From assembly GCA_963758635.1 (NCBI GenBank), contig CAVWWD010000004.1, forward strand, positions 256,001 through 320,000: 64,000 bases of DNA, read 5' to 3'. Shown here in pieces: positions 33,829-44,697 of this stretch. A program made the translations under genes and the position numbers. Each line of letters opens with the position of its first letter. The first letter of the stretch is position 1. The notes under the pieces are model-generated. The model was not told where the DNA came from. It ran no database searches and saw only the letters and a program-made list of their open reading frames with translations. The DNA comes from an uncultured Candidatus Rokubacteria bacterium. GTDB lineage: Bacteria > Methylomirabilota > Methylomirabilia > Rokubacteriales > CSP1-6.

Positions 33829-35173
33829 TCAGCGTGATTCGCGCAGCGATCGAAAGGCCGCGCGGAGTTCCTCAGAGAAGAGTTGCGGCTGTTCCCAGGC
33901 TGCGAAGTGCCCGCCCCGGTCGACCTCATTGAAGTAGACGAGGTTGCGATAGGCGCGCTGCGTCCAGCTCTTCGGGGCCCGGTAGATCTCGCCGGGAAAG
34001 ACGGTCATCGCAACGGGGAGCGAGATCTCGGCTGTCCTCTGCACCGAAGCGCTCGTATTGCTCTCGCCGGTCGCCCTCCCAGTAGAGTCGCGCTGAAGAG
34101 ATTGCGGTGTTCGTCAGCCAGTACAGGGTGACGTTGTCGAGCACCTCGTCCTTGGATCAGTCGAGTCGCTGGGGCTGTCGCCACGCGTTGTAGTCGGATA
34201 GCATGAAGCGCCACGCGCGAGGCCGACCGGCGAGTCCGCCAGGCCGTAGCCCAGGGTCTGCGGGCGTGTCCCCATCGATGGCCTCGATAGCCTGCCCCTT
34301 CTTGGCCGAGAAGCGTCTGAGCGCCTCGAATGCGGCGTTCTCTGCGGCAGACAGTCCGGCGGGTGCCGGATCCGCCAATGGCGAGCATGCCTCGGCCGAT
34401 CTCCGGCGGCACGCTCGCCGGCATAGTTGAGGTGGATGCCCAGCAAGCCCGCCGGCGCCTGGCGCGCCATCGCGCTGGAAATGGGCGCACCCCAGTCACC
34501 ACCCTGGGCGACGTAGCGCGTGTACCCGAGGCGCTTCATCAGCTCGCACCCATGCCCGCTGCGATGCGGTCGGGGTCCCAACCGGTGCCCGTCGGCTTGC
34601 CGGAGAATCCGAAGCCCGGAATCGACGGCATGACGAGATCGAAGGCGTCTTCCGCGCGTCCGCCGTAGGCCGTGGGGTCGGTCAGCGGGCCGACGGTCTT
34701 GAGCAGCTCGAAGACCGAGCCGGGCCAACCGTGGGTCATGATCAGCGGCAACGCGTTCGGATGGCGCGAGCGGACGTGGATGAAGTGGATGTCCACGCCG
34801 TCGATCGTCGTGACGAACTGTGGCAACGCATTGAGCTTCGCTTCCGCCTTGCGCCAGTCGTATTCGTGCCCCAGTAGCGCACCAGCTCCTGGAGCTTCGC
34901 CAGCTGGATGCCCTGCGACTGATCGGTGACCGTCTCCCGGTCGGGCCATCGTGTCGCCGCCACGCGGCGGCGAAGGTCGGCCAGGGCTTCCTCCGGAACG
35001 TTGGCGCGGAACGGGCGGACCGAGCTGTCTTCAGCGGCGGGGCGCGAGACCTGGGCCTCGGCCGCCGGAACGATCGGCGCGTAGCCGGGAACCGCGAACA
35101 GGGCGAGGGCCAACACGCCCGCGAGGGTGGCGCGGGCCATGAACGTGTGCGGCGCTCGTTCACCGTGACGCAT
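33829..35173 (-). CDS. Epoxide hydrolase (alpha/beta fold) with signal peptide (frameshifted)
   Basis: VRPFR..DLRRR..TRWP; THGWPGSVFE; PSIPGFGFS; AQGGDWG; GGHFAAWEQP. Confidence 0.85.
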
Positions 35174-35207
35174 GGTGGTCGTCCTTTCCGTTGCGCTTCG
35201 TGTCGGT

Positions 35208-36282
35208 TCAGCCGAACGTGAACGCAAAGGCCTCCACGCCGGCGTCCAGGAACTCGATCTCGAACTGACGTTCCGCGATGGGCTTCGGCTGTCGGATCAG
35301 CTGATACAGCCGCGGCTGGGTCACCGTGCCGATGCCCTGCTCGTCCACGTCGAGTCCGTGAGCGGCCCCGGGCGGCCGTCCGTCGATGAGCACGCGAAAT
35401 CGCACGGCCGGCGAGCGCCCGCGTCGGTCGCATGACGAGATGAAGATCGCGGGCGTGGAAGCGGTACGCGATCCGCCCATTCGCCTCGTTGAGGACGGCC
35501 GCGTGCTTCTCTACCGTCCAGTCGCCAACCAGCGCCCACTGATTGAGTATGCAGCCGCGCCGGGAGCGCGTAGGTGCGAGGCGTGCCCGGTCGGGCGCCG
35601 CCGGGCGAGGCAAACTTCTCGCGTCCTCTCGTAGCCCAGATAGTTCTCCGGCGATTTCAGGTTGATCCAGTCGGCCGCCGCCTCGACCCCGCGTGCGTCG
35701 ACCGACACCAGGTGACGGGGGATCTCCGGCGACTCCAGTGTCGGCCAGCACCTGCTGGATCATCCTCTCGGACCGTTCGTATTCGCCCTCGCCGAAGTGA
35801 CGATGTCGAAGCCGCCCCTGCCCATCGAGGAGGTAGAGAGCCGGCCAGGAGTGATTTCTGAACGCTCGCCAGATCGCATGGTCGTTGTCGATCGCGATCG
35901 GATAGCCGACCGTCCAGGTCCTTCGCAGCCCGGCGAACGTTCTCGAGGGCCTTCTCGAACGCGAACTCGGGCGCGTGCACGCCGATCACGACCAGCCCCT
36001 GCGCCCTGTAGCGCTCGGCCCAGGCGCGGACGTAGGGAAGCGAGCGAAGCCAGTTGATGCAGGTAGAGGTCCAGAAGTCGACGAGGACGACCTGTCCGCG
36101 GAGCTCGGCCGCCGTCAAGGGCGGCGAATTGAGCCAGGCCGTCGCGCTCTCGAGGGAGGGCAACGCGCCGTCGATGCTCGCTCGGGCTGCGGCCTTCGCA
36201 CCGACCGATCATGCCGAGCGGGAGTGATGAGGGCGAGCGAACGCAAGAAGGCGACGGCGTTCAAGGTCAATCCGTCCGACAT
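35208..36282 (-). CDS. DipZ-like thioredoxin-fold/redoxin protein (frameshifted)
   Basis: WLNSPPLT..LRGQVVLVDFWTSTCINW..VIGVHAPEF; LKSPENYLGY; RFHARDLHLVM; RLYQLIRQ..AFAFTFG. Confidence 0.8.
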
Positions 36283-36419
36283 CGGTCTGTCCTCCGTTCA
36301 CGCGCTGGTGACGACGGCACCGTTACGATGCGAACGTCCGCGCTCGGGATTCCGGCGCTCGCAGAGACGTGGCGAGCTGCGACTGGATGTTTGTCATGGA
36401 GCGCACGATACGGAATCCC

Positions 36420-36531
36420 GTCTGAACAGTCTTTGCCGCGGCCTCAATCGTTCTGAAGCTACGGTTTCAGTGCCGCGAGGCGGCCTCGGGCGGAGGCGCC
36501 GGCGTTCTGAATGGATCTAAAAACTTCTGAA
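36420..36531. promoter_or_regulatory. Operator block 2 (paralogous to 29453-29573)
   Basis: GTCTGAACAGTCTTTGCCGCGGCCTCAATCGTTCTG; CTGAA/CTAAA/CTGAA at 36507, 36517 and 36527. Confidence 0.65.
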
Positions 36532-36646
36532 GAGATGGGTTTAGAATCGGTACCGTGCAAGGCCAGCCCCAGGCTTTTGCCCCTGCTGATACCGCCGGCA
36601 TGGTCGCGGCGAGAGGCGCTTCGCGAGGCCCGGCGGGTTCGTTGAT

Positions 36647-39488
36647 ATGTCAGCCGACCCCGAACGTCCCGCGTCCGTGCAGTTCGGCCGCTTTATGATC
36701 GTCCCTCATCGCCGCGAGCTCCGCGTCGACGGCCGCCCGGTGGAGCTGGGCGGGCGCGCGTTCGACACGCTGGTGGTCCTCATCGACGCCGGAGGGACGA
36801 TGGTCGACAAGGACGCACTGATGCGCGCCGTGTGGCCGGACCGAGTGGTCGAAGAGCACAACCTCCATGCGCAGATGTCGGCGCTCCGCAAGATCCTCGG
36901 CCCCGACCGGAACCTCATCCAGACGGTCGCCGGACGGGGCTACCGGTTCGCCGGCCTGGTCCGGGAGGCCGAGGCGGCGAATGCGGCTCCGGCGTCACGA
37001 CTGACGAACCTTCCCGCTCGCTGTCTGAGCTGATCGGGCGGGAGGCCGCCCTCCAGACCGTGATGGAGCTGGTCACGGTTCGGCGTCTCGTGACCTTGAC
37101 CGGGACGGGCGGCGTCGGCAAAACGCGACTGGCGACGGAGGCCGCTCGAGGGCTGCTGCCTCGCTATGCCGACGGTGTGTGGTTCGTCGATCTCGGGCCG
37201 ATCGCCGATCCGGAGCTCGCCGCCGTCACGGCCGCCACCGCTGTCGGCATCCCCCTCGGCGCCGGGCCGGTCACGATCGAGCGGGTCGCCGCGGCGCTCG
37301 CGCCGAAGCGACGTCCTGGTGATCCTCGACAACTGCGAGCACGTGATCGACGCCGCCGCTGCGCTGGCGCGGTCGCTCGTCGTCGCGGGTGCCCGCTGGT
37401 TCGGGTCCTCGCGACGAGCCGCGAGCCGCTCCGCGTGCCGGACGAGCACGTGTACAGGGTGCCGTCACTCGACGTCCCCGCCGAGAACAACCTCGACATG
37501 GACGATGTGCTCACGGCATGGGGCCGTTCAGCTGTTCACGGCACGAGCGCAGGCGGTGGCACGAGCCTACGAGGTCGACCGGCGCAGTGCACCGACCGCG
37601 GCGGCGATCTGCCGGCGGCTCGACGGCATTCCCCTCGCGATCGAGCTGGCCGCGGCACGCGTCGCCGCCTTGGGCATCGAGGGGGTCGCCGCGAAGCTCG
37701 ATGATCGCTTCCGCCTGCTCACCGGCGGGCAACGAACGGCGCTGGCGCGCCAGCAGACGTTGCGGGCGACCCTCGACTGGAGTCACGAGCTCCTCTCCGA
37801 GCCGGAACGCGTCCTCTTCCGTCGCCTCTCGGTCCTGGCGGGCAGCTTCTCGCTCGACGCCGCCGCTCGATCGCAGCGGACCCGAGGCTCGCCGCGGGTG
37901 ACGTCGTCGAAGGCGTCGCGAACCTCGTCGCCCAGTCGCTCATCTCGGTCGATCTGAGTGGCGCGGTGACCTGCGTATCGCTTGCTCGAGACGACGCGCG
38001 CCTACGCGCGCGAGAAGCTCGCCGAGAGCGGGGAGGTCGAGCGCCTCAGACGGCGCCACGCCGAGTATCACCGCGATCTGTTCGAGCGCGCGGACACGGA
38101 GTGGCCTACCGGCCGACCGTCGAGTGGCTGGCCACGTACGGGCCCCGGCTCGATGACCTGCGGGCGGCGCTCGACTGGGCGTTCGGTCGTCGACGGAGAC
38201 GGCGTCCTCGCTGTCGCGCTGACGACCACCGCCGTCGCGCTCTGGTACCAGCTGTCGCTGCCCGGCGAGTGTCGCGCGCGTGTCGAGCGCGCGCTGTCGA
38301 CGTTCATGGCGATGGAGCATCGCGACCCCCGCCGGGAGCTCGCGCTGCAGGCCGCGCTCGGCTGGTCGCTCGGGCACACGACGGGGACCGCGCGCGAGAC
38401 GGCGACCGCGTGGGCCACCGCGCTGCGGCTGGCGGAGGAGCTTCAGGACTCCGACTATCAGCTGCGTGCGTTGTGGGGACTCTGGGCCCATCACATCAAC
38501 CGTGGAGAGTTCCGCCAGGCTTTGTCGCTCGCCGAGCGGTTCGGGGCGGTAGCGACGAAGGCGAGCGCCACCTCCGATCGGCTCGTCGGCGAACGAATGC
38601 TCGGTGTCGTGCTGCACTTCCTCGGTGAGCAGCCGCGGGCGCGCCGCCATATCGAACGCATGCTGGAGCGCTATGTCGGCCCGCCGAACAGGTCTGACGC
38701 CGTGAGATTTCAATACGACCAGCGCGTGACCGCGCGCGTCACATTGTCGCGCGTGCTGTGGCTCCAGGGCTTCACCGACCAGGCGATGCGAACCGTTAAG
38801 GAGCCGTCGACGACGCGAACGAGCACGCGCTGTCGCTGTGCAACGTCCTGGGCCAGGCGGCATGCCCGGTGGCCATCGCGAGCGGCGACCTTGCCGCCGC
38901 GGACCGCTACGCCGCGATGCTGGGCCGATCACGCCGAACGCCACGGCGCTGACGTGTGGCAGACGTATGGTCGCTGCTTCAGAGGCATGCTGCTCATCAA
39001 GCGCGATCAGCTCGATGTCGGTGTGCCGATGCTCAGCGCAGCGGTCGACGAGCTCCGTACCGCGCGGTTCGTCCAGTACTACACGGCGTGTCTCGCCGCG
39101 CTGGCGGAGGGGCTCGTCTGCGCCGGCCAGGCCGAGCGGGGCCTCGTCGTCGTCGACGAGGCGCTCGCACGATCGGACACGGCCGAGGAGCGCTGGATTC
39201 TCGCCGAGCTGCTCCGCCTCAAGGGTGAGCTCGTGTTGCTGGCACGCAGCGCCGGACGCCGCTGTGGTGGCCGCAGGAGCACTTCCAGCAGTCGCTCGAG
39301 CTCGCCCGCCGACAGGAGGCGCTGGCCTGGGAGCTGCGGACGGCGATGAGCCTCGCGCGACTCTGGCGGCGACAGCGAGGACAAGCCAGGCGCGCACGCT
39401 GTTGACCGCCGTTTACCGGCGCTTCACGGAGGGATTCGACACCACCGACCTCGTCGCGGCGAAGGCGCTTCTCAGGGGGTTGCGGTAG
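36647..39488 (+). CDS. Winged helix + P-loop NTPase (STAND-like) + TPR regulator, copy 2 (frameshifted)
   Basis: Same motif series as 29598-32437 (LGGRAFDTL, GTGGVGKT, LDNCEH, LDGIPLAIELAAAR, FTEGFDTTDL). Confidence 0.85.
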
Positions 39489-39609
39489 TGGCTCGGCGAG
39501 CGCCTGGGACCTGGGCTACGCGCTCGACGTGCTCCATCCGCTGGCTCAGCGTCCTGACCGAGCCGGCTAGCCTGCGCGTTCCCGCGGGAACGTCCACGGG
39601 GCGGACTAC
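39489..39609. repeat. Duplicated segment 3 (tesA upstream region); partner 43818-43949
   Basis: TGGCTCGG(C/T)GAGCGCCTGG...CTGGGCTACGCG...GCGCGTTCCCGCGGGAACGTCC...GGGCGGACTAC shared. Confidence 0.85.
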
Positions 39610-39611
39610 GG

Positions 39612-39774
39612 CGAGCCCCGCGATGAGGCCGAGCAGCGTGGACTTGCCGCTGCCCGACGGGCCGGAGATGGCGACGAACTGGCGCGCGGGGATCGACAGC
39701 GACACGCCGTCGAGCACGCTCACCGGGCGGCCCCCGCTGGTAAGCCGCATCGAGAGGCCGCGCACCTCGATCAT
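39612..39774 (-). pseudogene. Truncated duplicate of the ABC ATPase 5' end
   Basis: [54 protein letters not shown], then homology breaks. Confidence 0.85.
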
Positions 39775-39905
39775 CGGAGCCATGCTACACGACGGGTCGA
39801 GCGGCCTAGTTAGGCGTACCGGCCAGTCCGCGCACCTGACTGGCCCATCACCGCCGCGATCAGCGGATCGAAGCCGTCGGCCTGGCCGGCGCAAGGCCGT
39901 CGCCG

Positions 39906-40139
39906 TCAAGCCGACCGACGGCAGGTTCTGACGGACACGAGGTCGTCGTCGGCGACCGGCCTGACATCCCGGGTGTTGAGCGTGAGCAGCGCCGCCGTCC
40001 TTCCAGAGGCCGTAACGAACTCCACCTCGAGCCCGTCCGGCTTGTGGATTTCGACGACGGCACCCAGGTCGCCCTTTCGCAACCCGTGAGCATCGAGATC
40101 CCGATCGAGCACCACCGTATCGAGAACGGAGTAGGTCAT
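39906..40139 (-). CDS. DUF4926-like protein
   Basis: LDTVVLDRDL..HGLRKGDLGAVVEI..LEVEFVTASGRT. Confidence 0.75.
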   Translation of the reverse strand: MTYSVLDTVVLDRDLDAHGLRKGDLGAVVEIHKPDGLEVEFVTASGRTAALLTLNTRDVRPVADDDLVSVRTCRRSA

Positions 40140-40477
40140 CAGCCATCCTCTGGGTACGCGGTCACGAACCTGGGAACCTCCTCACCCGTCCGGACAAACC
40201 ACACACTCACCACCCTCGCCGGCCTGCCCGATGGTCCCGTGAGGGTACCGCGGATCGAGTATTTCTGCCCATAAGCGGTCTGCGCCTCGAGCGTTGCATC
40301 CCGAGACAGGTGCTGGGACCGGAGGTCCACCTCGAGCTGTCGCCACTCGCCAGGCGAGTAGCCGAGAGCTCGAAAGAACGTGGCCTTGAGACGACCGATC
40401 GGATGGCTCGACGAAAGCAAGTATCCATGCAGCTTCACCGGATCGATGACGGCACGGTCGGCGTTCGGGATCCGCAA
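40139..40477 (-). CDS. DUF6883-like protein
   Basis: IPNADRAVIDPVKLHGYLLS..HPIGRLKATFF..LGY..YGQKY..SVW..PRFVTAYP; stop overlaps the next start. Confidence 0.75.
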   Translation of the reverse strand: MRIPNADRAVIDPVKLHGYLLSSSHPIGRLKATFFRALGYSPGEWRQLEVDLRSQHLSRDATLEAQTAYGQKYSIRGTLTGPSGRPARVVSVWFVRTGEEVPRFVTAYPEDG

Positions 40478-40714
40478 TCGCGACGGCCTCGCGCACAGCC
40501 TAGCTCACTGTTCAGCTCCTCATCGAACGGATAAGTCATCACTACGGGGCTGAGGGACCGCCATGCTGCGTTGCTTTTGGAGCCGCCCTCGGCTGGGCCG
40601 GCGGTGCGCCCGCGACAGGGGCGCAGCCCTCGAGCCACGTCGTCGCCGCTCGCGCGTCGGGGGCCCTGACGGGCGGCGCGAGCGGCGCGACCCTCCGGAC
40701 GACCGGGCCGGGTC

Positions 40715-41990
40715 TCAGCGGCCGGCGTCGGCGCGGGCGACCACGACCTCGCCCCGCTGGCCGAGCGCTGCGTGGAACTTGCAGAAGAACCCGACCGCGC
40801 CGGCCTCCGGCAGGGTGACGTTGACGTTGATCGACGGCGCCCGGCTCGATGTCCCGGTCCACGCCCTGCGCGGGGACCGTGATGTTGTGCAGCGTGCTCG
40901 ACCGGCTGGTCAGGCGCAGCCGCAGCCGCTGCCCGGGCAGGCCACGGACCGAGTCGGGCTTGAAAGCGTAGTCCTCCGTCTGGAGGCTCACCACCGCCTC
41001 GGCGGGCGCGGCGGCCCGGGCGGGGCCGGGCTGGACCGCGATCTTCCGGGGACCCTGGCCGACCTCGACCGTCGCCAGCACCGTGCGGGTCTCGAGGTCG
41101 ACGATCGAGACGTTGCCGGAGCCCTCGTTGGCGACGAAGGCAAGGCGCCCGTCCGAGCTCGCGGCGACCCAGTGGGGCGTCTTGCCGACGCCTACCACGC
41201 CGCTGACGCGCGCGGTGGCCACGTCCACCACCGCCAGCTCGCCCGGCCCCTGGCTCGGGACCAGGGCACGGCGGCCGTCGGCAGTGAACGGCGCGTGATG
41301 GGGTGAGGCGCCGACGGGGATGCGCCCGGCCGGGCGGTTGGTGGCGGTGTCCAGCACGTGCACGGCATCGTCGCCGGCCACGGTGTAGTAGAGCCAGCGG
41401 CCGTCGGGACTCACGTCGAGCGCCCGCGGGGTGCGGTCGAGCGGCACGCGCGCGCGCTCGACTCCGCGGGCGAGGTCGATCACCACGAGCGCCGTCGCCC
41501 CCTGCTGCTGCGAGCCGACGTAGGCCGTCCGGCCGTCCGGCGCGAAGGCGCCGTTGTGGGCGCGCGCCACGGGCACGCGGGTCGTGATGCGGTCGGTCGC
41601 GGTGTCGATGACGAGCGCCTCGTTGGCGCCCCACGCGGAGACCAGCACGTGACGACCGTCCGCCGACATCGCCAGGCCGTGGGGGTTCGGCCCCACGTCC
41701 ACCGTGCCGACGACGCGGTCGGTGGCGGCGTCGATCACGCTCACCGTCGAGGCGCCGTCGCTCGACACGTAGACCTTGCGGCCGTCCGGGGTGACGACGA
41801 GCCCGTGCGGGCCGCGCGCCACCGGGATCCGGCTCACCACGCGGCGCGCGGCGGGGTCGAGCACCGCCACCACGTCTTCCTTGAAGAGGCCCACGTAGAC
41901 CTTGGGTCCGGGGGACGCCTGGCCGTGGGCCAGGTCGGCGGCGATCGCGAGCAGGGAAACCAGGAAGGCGGCGAGAATTCGATGGGCCAT
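40715..41990 (-). CDS. Exported YVTN-type beta-propeller + C-terminal cupredoxin (frameshift near 40835)
   Basis: Signal peptide; repeated PHG..TPDGR.VYV..VSVID; EDYAFKP..LHNIT..; other frame FFCKFHAALGQRG. Confidence 0.8.
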
Positions 41991-42177
41991 CGTGCTCTCT
42001 CCTTGTCGGGTCGGGCCCGGGGGCGGGCGTGGCGTCTACCTCCGCTAACGCGCCGGCGCGGTGATCGTTCGCGCCGTCACCACAACGTCATCGAGTGAAC
42101 GTTTTCGGTGCTCGCGCGTTGCGAGAGAGAGCGGGGCCGCTCGACCCTGCGTTGCCGCCCCTGCTATGGTTGGGCCG

Positions 42178-42714
42178 ATGCGAGCGCCACCGGCTGACGA
42201 GGGCGCGCGGGAGCAGGATCTCCTGGCGTATGCCGACACGCTCCACAACCTGGCGCGCTATCTCACCGGCAACGACACGGACGCCGAGGATCTCGTCCAG
42301 GAGACCTACGCGCGGGCCCTCCGGGCGGCGCACCAGTTCACGCCGGGCACGAACCTCAAGGCGTGGCTGTTCCGGATCCTGCGCAACACGTTCCTCAGCG
42401 CGTACCGGCACGAGCGCGCCAGTCCCATCACGGGCGGGCTCGACACGGTGACGTCCTCCCGCGAGGCGGCCCCGCCCGGCTGGCGGGCCGACGACGCCGA
42501 GGTGGATCGCATCCGCAAGCTGGCGGCCGAGGAGGTCGAGCAGGCGCTGGGGAGCCTGCCGGAGGACGCCCGCACGGTGATCCTGCTGGACCTGGAGGGG
42601 CTCACGGAGCGGGAGGTGGCGGAGGTGCTGGGCTGTCCGGTCGGCACCGTGAAGTCCAGGCTCTGGCGGGCGCGGACCGCGCTCCGCCAGCGTCTCCAGG
42701 ATCGCGGACGATGA
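42178..42714 (+). CDS. ECF sigma-70 factor
   Basis: DAEDLVQETYARA, NLKAWLFRILRN, EVAEVLGCPVGTVKSRL. Confidence 0.9.
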   Translation: MRAPPADEGAREQDLLAYADTLHNLARYLTGNDTDAEDLVQETYARALRAAHQFTPGTNLKAWLFRILRNTFLSAYRHERASPITGGLDTVTSSREAAPPGWRADDAEVDRIRKLAAEEVEQALGSLPEDARTVILLDLEGLTEREVAEVLGCPVGTVKSRLWRARTALRQRLQDRGR

Positions 42715-43490
42715 ACGCCTGCGAGGAGACGCGGCTGCGCCTGCTCGACTACCGGCGCGGGCGGCTTCAGCCGCCGGCAGACGAGACCGTGCGGGCCCAC
42801 CTGGACCGCTGCGAGGACTGCGCGCGGGAGGACGCGGCGGAGCAGGCGCTCACCGAGGTGCTGGAGCGGCGCCTGCCCCAGCACCCGGCGCCCATCTGGC
42901 TCAAGCGGCGTCTCGCCGCCGCGCATCCGGCGCCTTCGCCGGTGCGCGTCAGGCGCCGGCTCCGGCACGCGCTCGCCACCGCGGGCCTCGTGGCCGCCGT
43001 CGCCGTGGCCGTCGTGATCGTGCGGCCCGTGGCGCCCCCAGTGGTCGACGGCGGTGCGATCGCGCGCGAGGCCGTCAACGACCACCTGCGGATCCTCGAG
43101 CCCGGGCGGGCCCTGGAGGTCGCGAGCGACGACGTCCACCGCGTGCGCCCCTGGTTCGCGGGGCGGCTGGACTTCGCGCCGATCGTGACCTTCGGCGGCG
43201 ACGGGGAGTTCCCGCTGCGCGGGGGAGCCGTCGAGCGCTTCCTGGACCGGCGCGCGGCCGTCTTCGTGTACGGGCGGCGCCTGCACACCGTCTCGCTGAT
43301 CGTCTTCCGCGCGGACGGACTGCCCGGCTGGAACGGCGCCGTGTCGCCGCCGACGCTGCTCACCGTCCGGGGGTTCAACGTGATCCAGTGGCGTGCCGGC
43401 GACCTCGGCTACGCGCTCGTGTCGGACCTCAATGCAGATGAGCTGCGGACACTTGCCCGCCGCCTGGAGGCGCCGGCATCCCGGTCGTGA
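42711..43490 (+). CDS. Zinc-binding (HxxxCxxC) anti-sigma factor
   Basis: MNACEE..AHLDRCEDC, a transmembrane segment, VRPWFAGRLDFAP, YALVSDL. Confidence 0.85.
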   Translation: MNACEETRLRLLDYRRGRLQPPADETVRAHLDRCEDCAREDAAEQALTEVLERRLPQHPAPIWLKRRLAAAHPAPSPVRVRRRLRHALATAGLVAAVAVAVVIVRPVAPPVVDGGAIAREAVNDHLRILEPGRALEVASDDVHRVRPWFAGRLDFAPIVTFGGDGEFPLRGGAVERFLDRRAAVFVYGRRLHTVSLIVFRADGLPGWNGAVSPPTLLTVRGFNVIQWRAGDLGYALVSDLNADELRTLARRLEAPASRS

Positions 43491-43957
43491 CGCGAGACTG
43501 ACGGTCTCCGGCGGGGGCAGACGTCCGATGAGGCCGAGCCGAGGGGCGTGGACTTCCCGCTGCCCGAGGGGCCCGAGAGGAGGCAGGGTGGGTTGCCCGG
43601 TCGACCTGGGTTTCCGGAGATCGATCGTGCTGCCAGCCTCGCTTGCGCGTCCGGATCACCGCGAAGGGCTGTCGCTCCCGGGATGGTCGGGCAGCAGGGC
43701 GGGCCTCGTCAAGGGCCGCGACCGCGACTGCCGGGCGCCCGGGCCGGAGTGGAGCCCACTGGAGATGCGGGCCCGCACTGTGCGCTTCGCCTGCACAAGT
43801 GGACGGTCTGCGGCAACTGGCTCGGTGAGCGCCTGGATCTGGGCTACGCGTTGGCCGTGCTCCACCCGCTGGCCCAACGCCCCGACCGAGCGGGATAGCC
43901 CGCGCGTTCCCGCGGGAACGTCCGAGGCCCGCTGGACAGGGCGGACTACACTGGTGC

Positions 43958-44583
43958 ATGCGGCATCTTCGAGTCCTTTGTGTGATCCTCCTGGCTCTGC
44001 TCCCGGCCGTTCCGGGAGTCGTCACTGCCCGCGAGCGCGTCGTGGTCGCGTTCGGGGACAGCCTCACGGCCGGGCACGGGCTGGCGGCGGGCGAGGCCTA
44101 TCCGGCGCTGCTCGCGGCGCGGCTGGCCGCGGGCGGGTACGGCTACCGGGTGGTGAACGCCGGCGTGTCCGGCGATACCACGGCGGGTGGGCTCCGGCGG
44201 GTGGACTGGGCGCTCAAGCTCCAGCCCGAGGTCGTCATCGTCGCCCTCGGGGCCAACGACGGGCTTCGGGGGCTCGATCCTGGCCGCGGTGCGCGGCAAC
44301 CTCGATCGCATCGTGGAGCGCTTCCAGGCCGCCGGCGCGAAGGTGCTGCTGGCCGGCATGCGCCTGCCGCCGAACTACGGTCAGCCCTACGCGGACGACT
44401 TCGAGCGCGTCTTCCGCTCCGTGGCGCAGCGCCGCGGGGTGCCGCTGATGCCGTTCCTCCTCGACGGGGTCGGCGGCGCAGGCGCGCCTGAACCAGGCCG
44501 ACGGCATCCATCCCACGGCGCAGGGCCAGCGGATCATGGCCGAGCGCCTCTGGCCCTACCTGGTGCCGCTGCTGGCGAAGTAG
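43958..44583 (+). CDS. tesA: Arylesterase/thioesterase I (SGNH/GDSL; frameshifted)
   Basis: FGDSLTAG, VNAGVSGDTTAGG, LGANDGLRG, GMRLPPNYG, NQADGIHP. Confidence 0.8.
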
Positions 44584-44697
44584 GCGCCCGCCATATGGCG
44601 AAGACGAGGCGGCCGGGGTGGTTGCCCGAACCCCGCGTCCCGCCGTACCATGGGCCCGTCCGTTCGATCCCGACCACCAACCGCCCAAAGGGGACGC

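Noticed and set aside
29598..39488. STAND-like genes as Avs/NLR anti-phage defence
   Set aside because: The N-terminus is a DNA-binding winged helix, not a nuclease or other effector, and the context is a divergent metabolic operon.
20283..39488. Prophage or ICE interpretation of the accessory block
   Set aside because: No integrase, relaxase, phage structural gene, tRNA target or simple att pair.
43548..43898. 116-aa ORF between the anti-sigma gene and tesA
   Set aside because: No recognisable motif and a weak start; it may be a gene remnant but cannot be supported.
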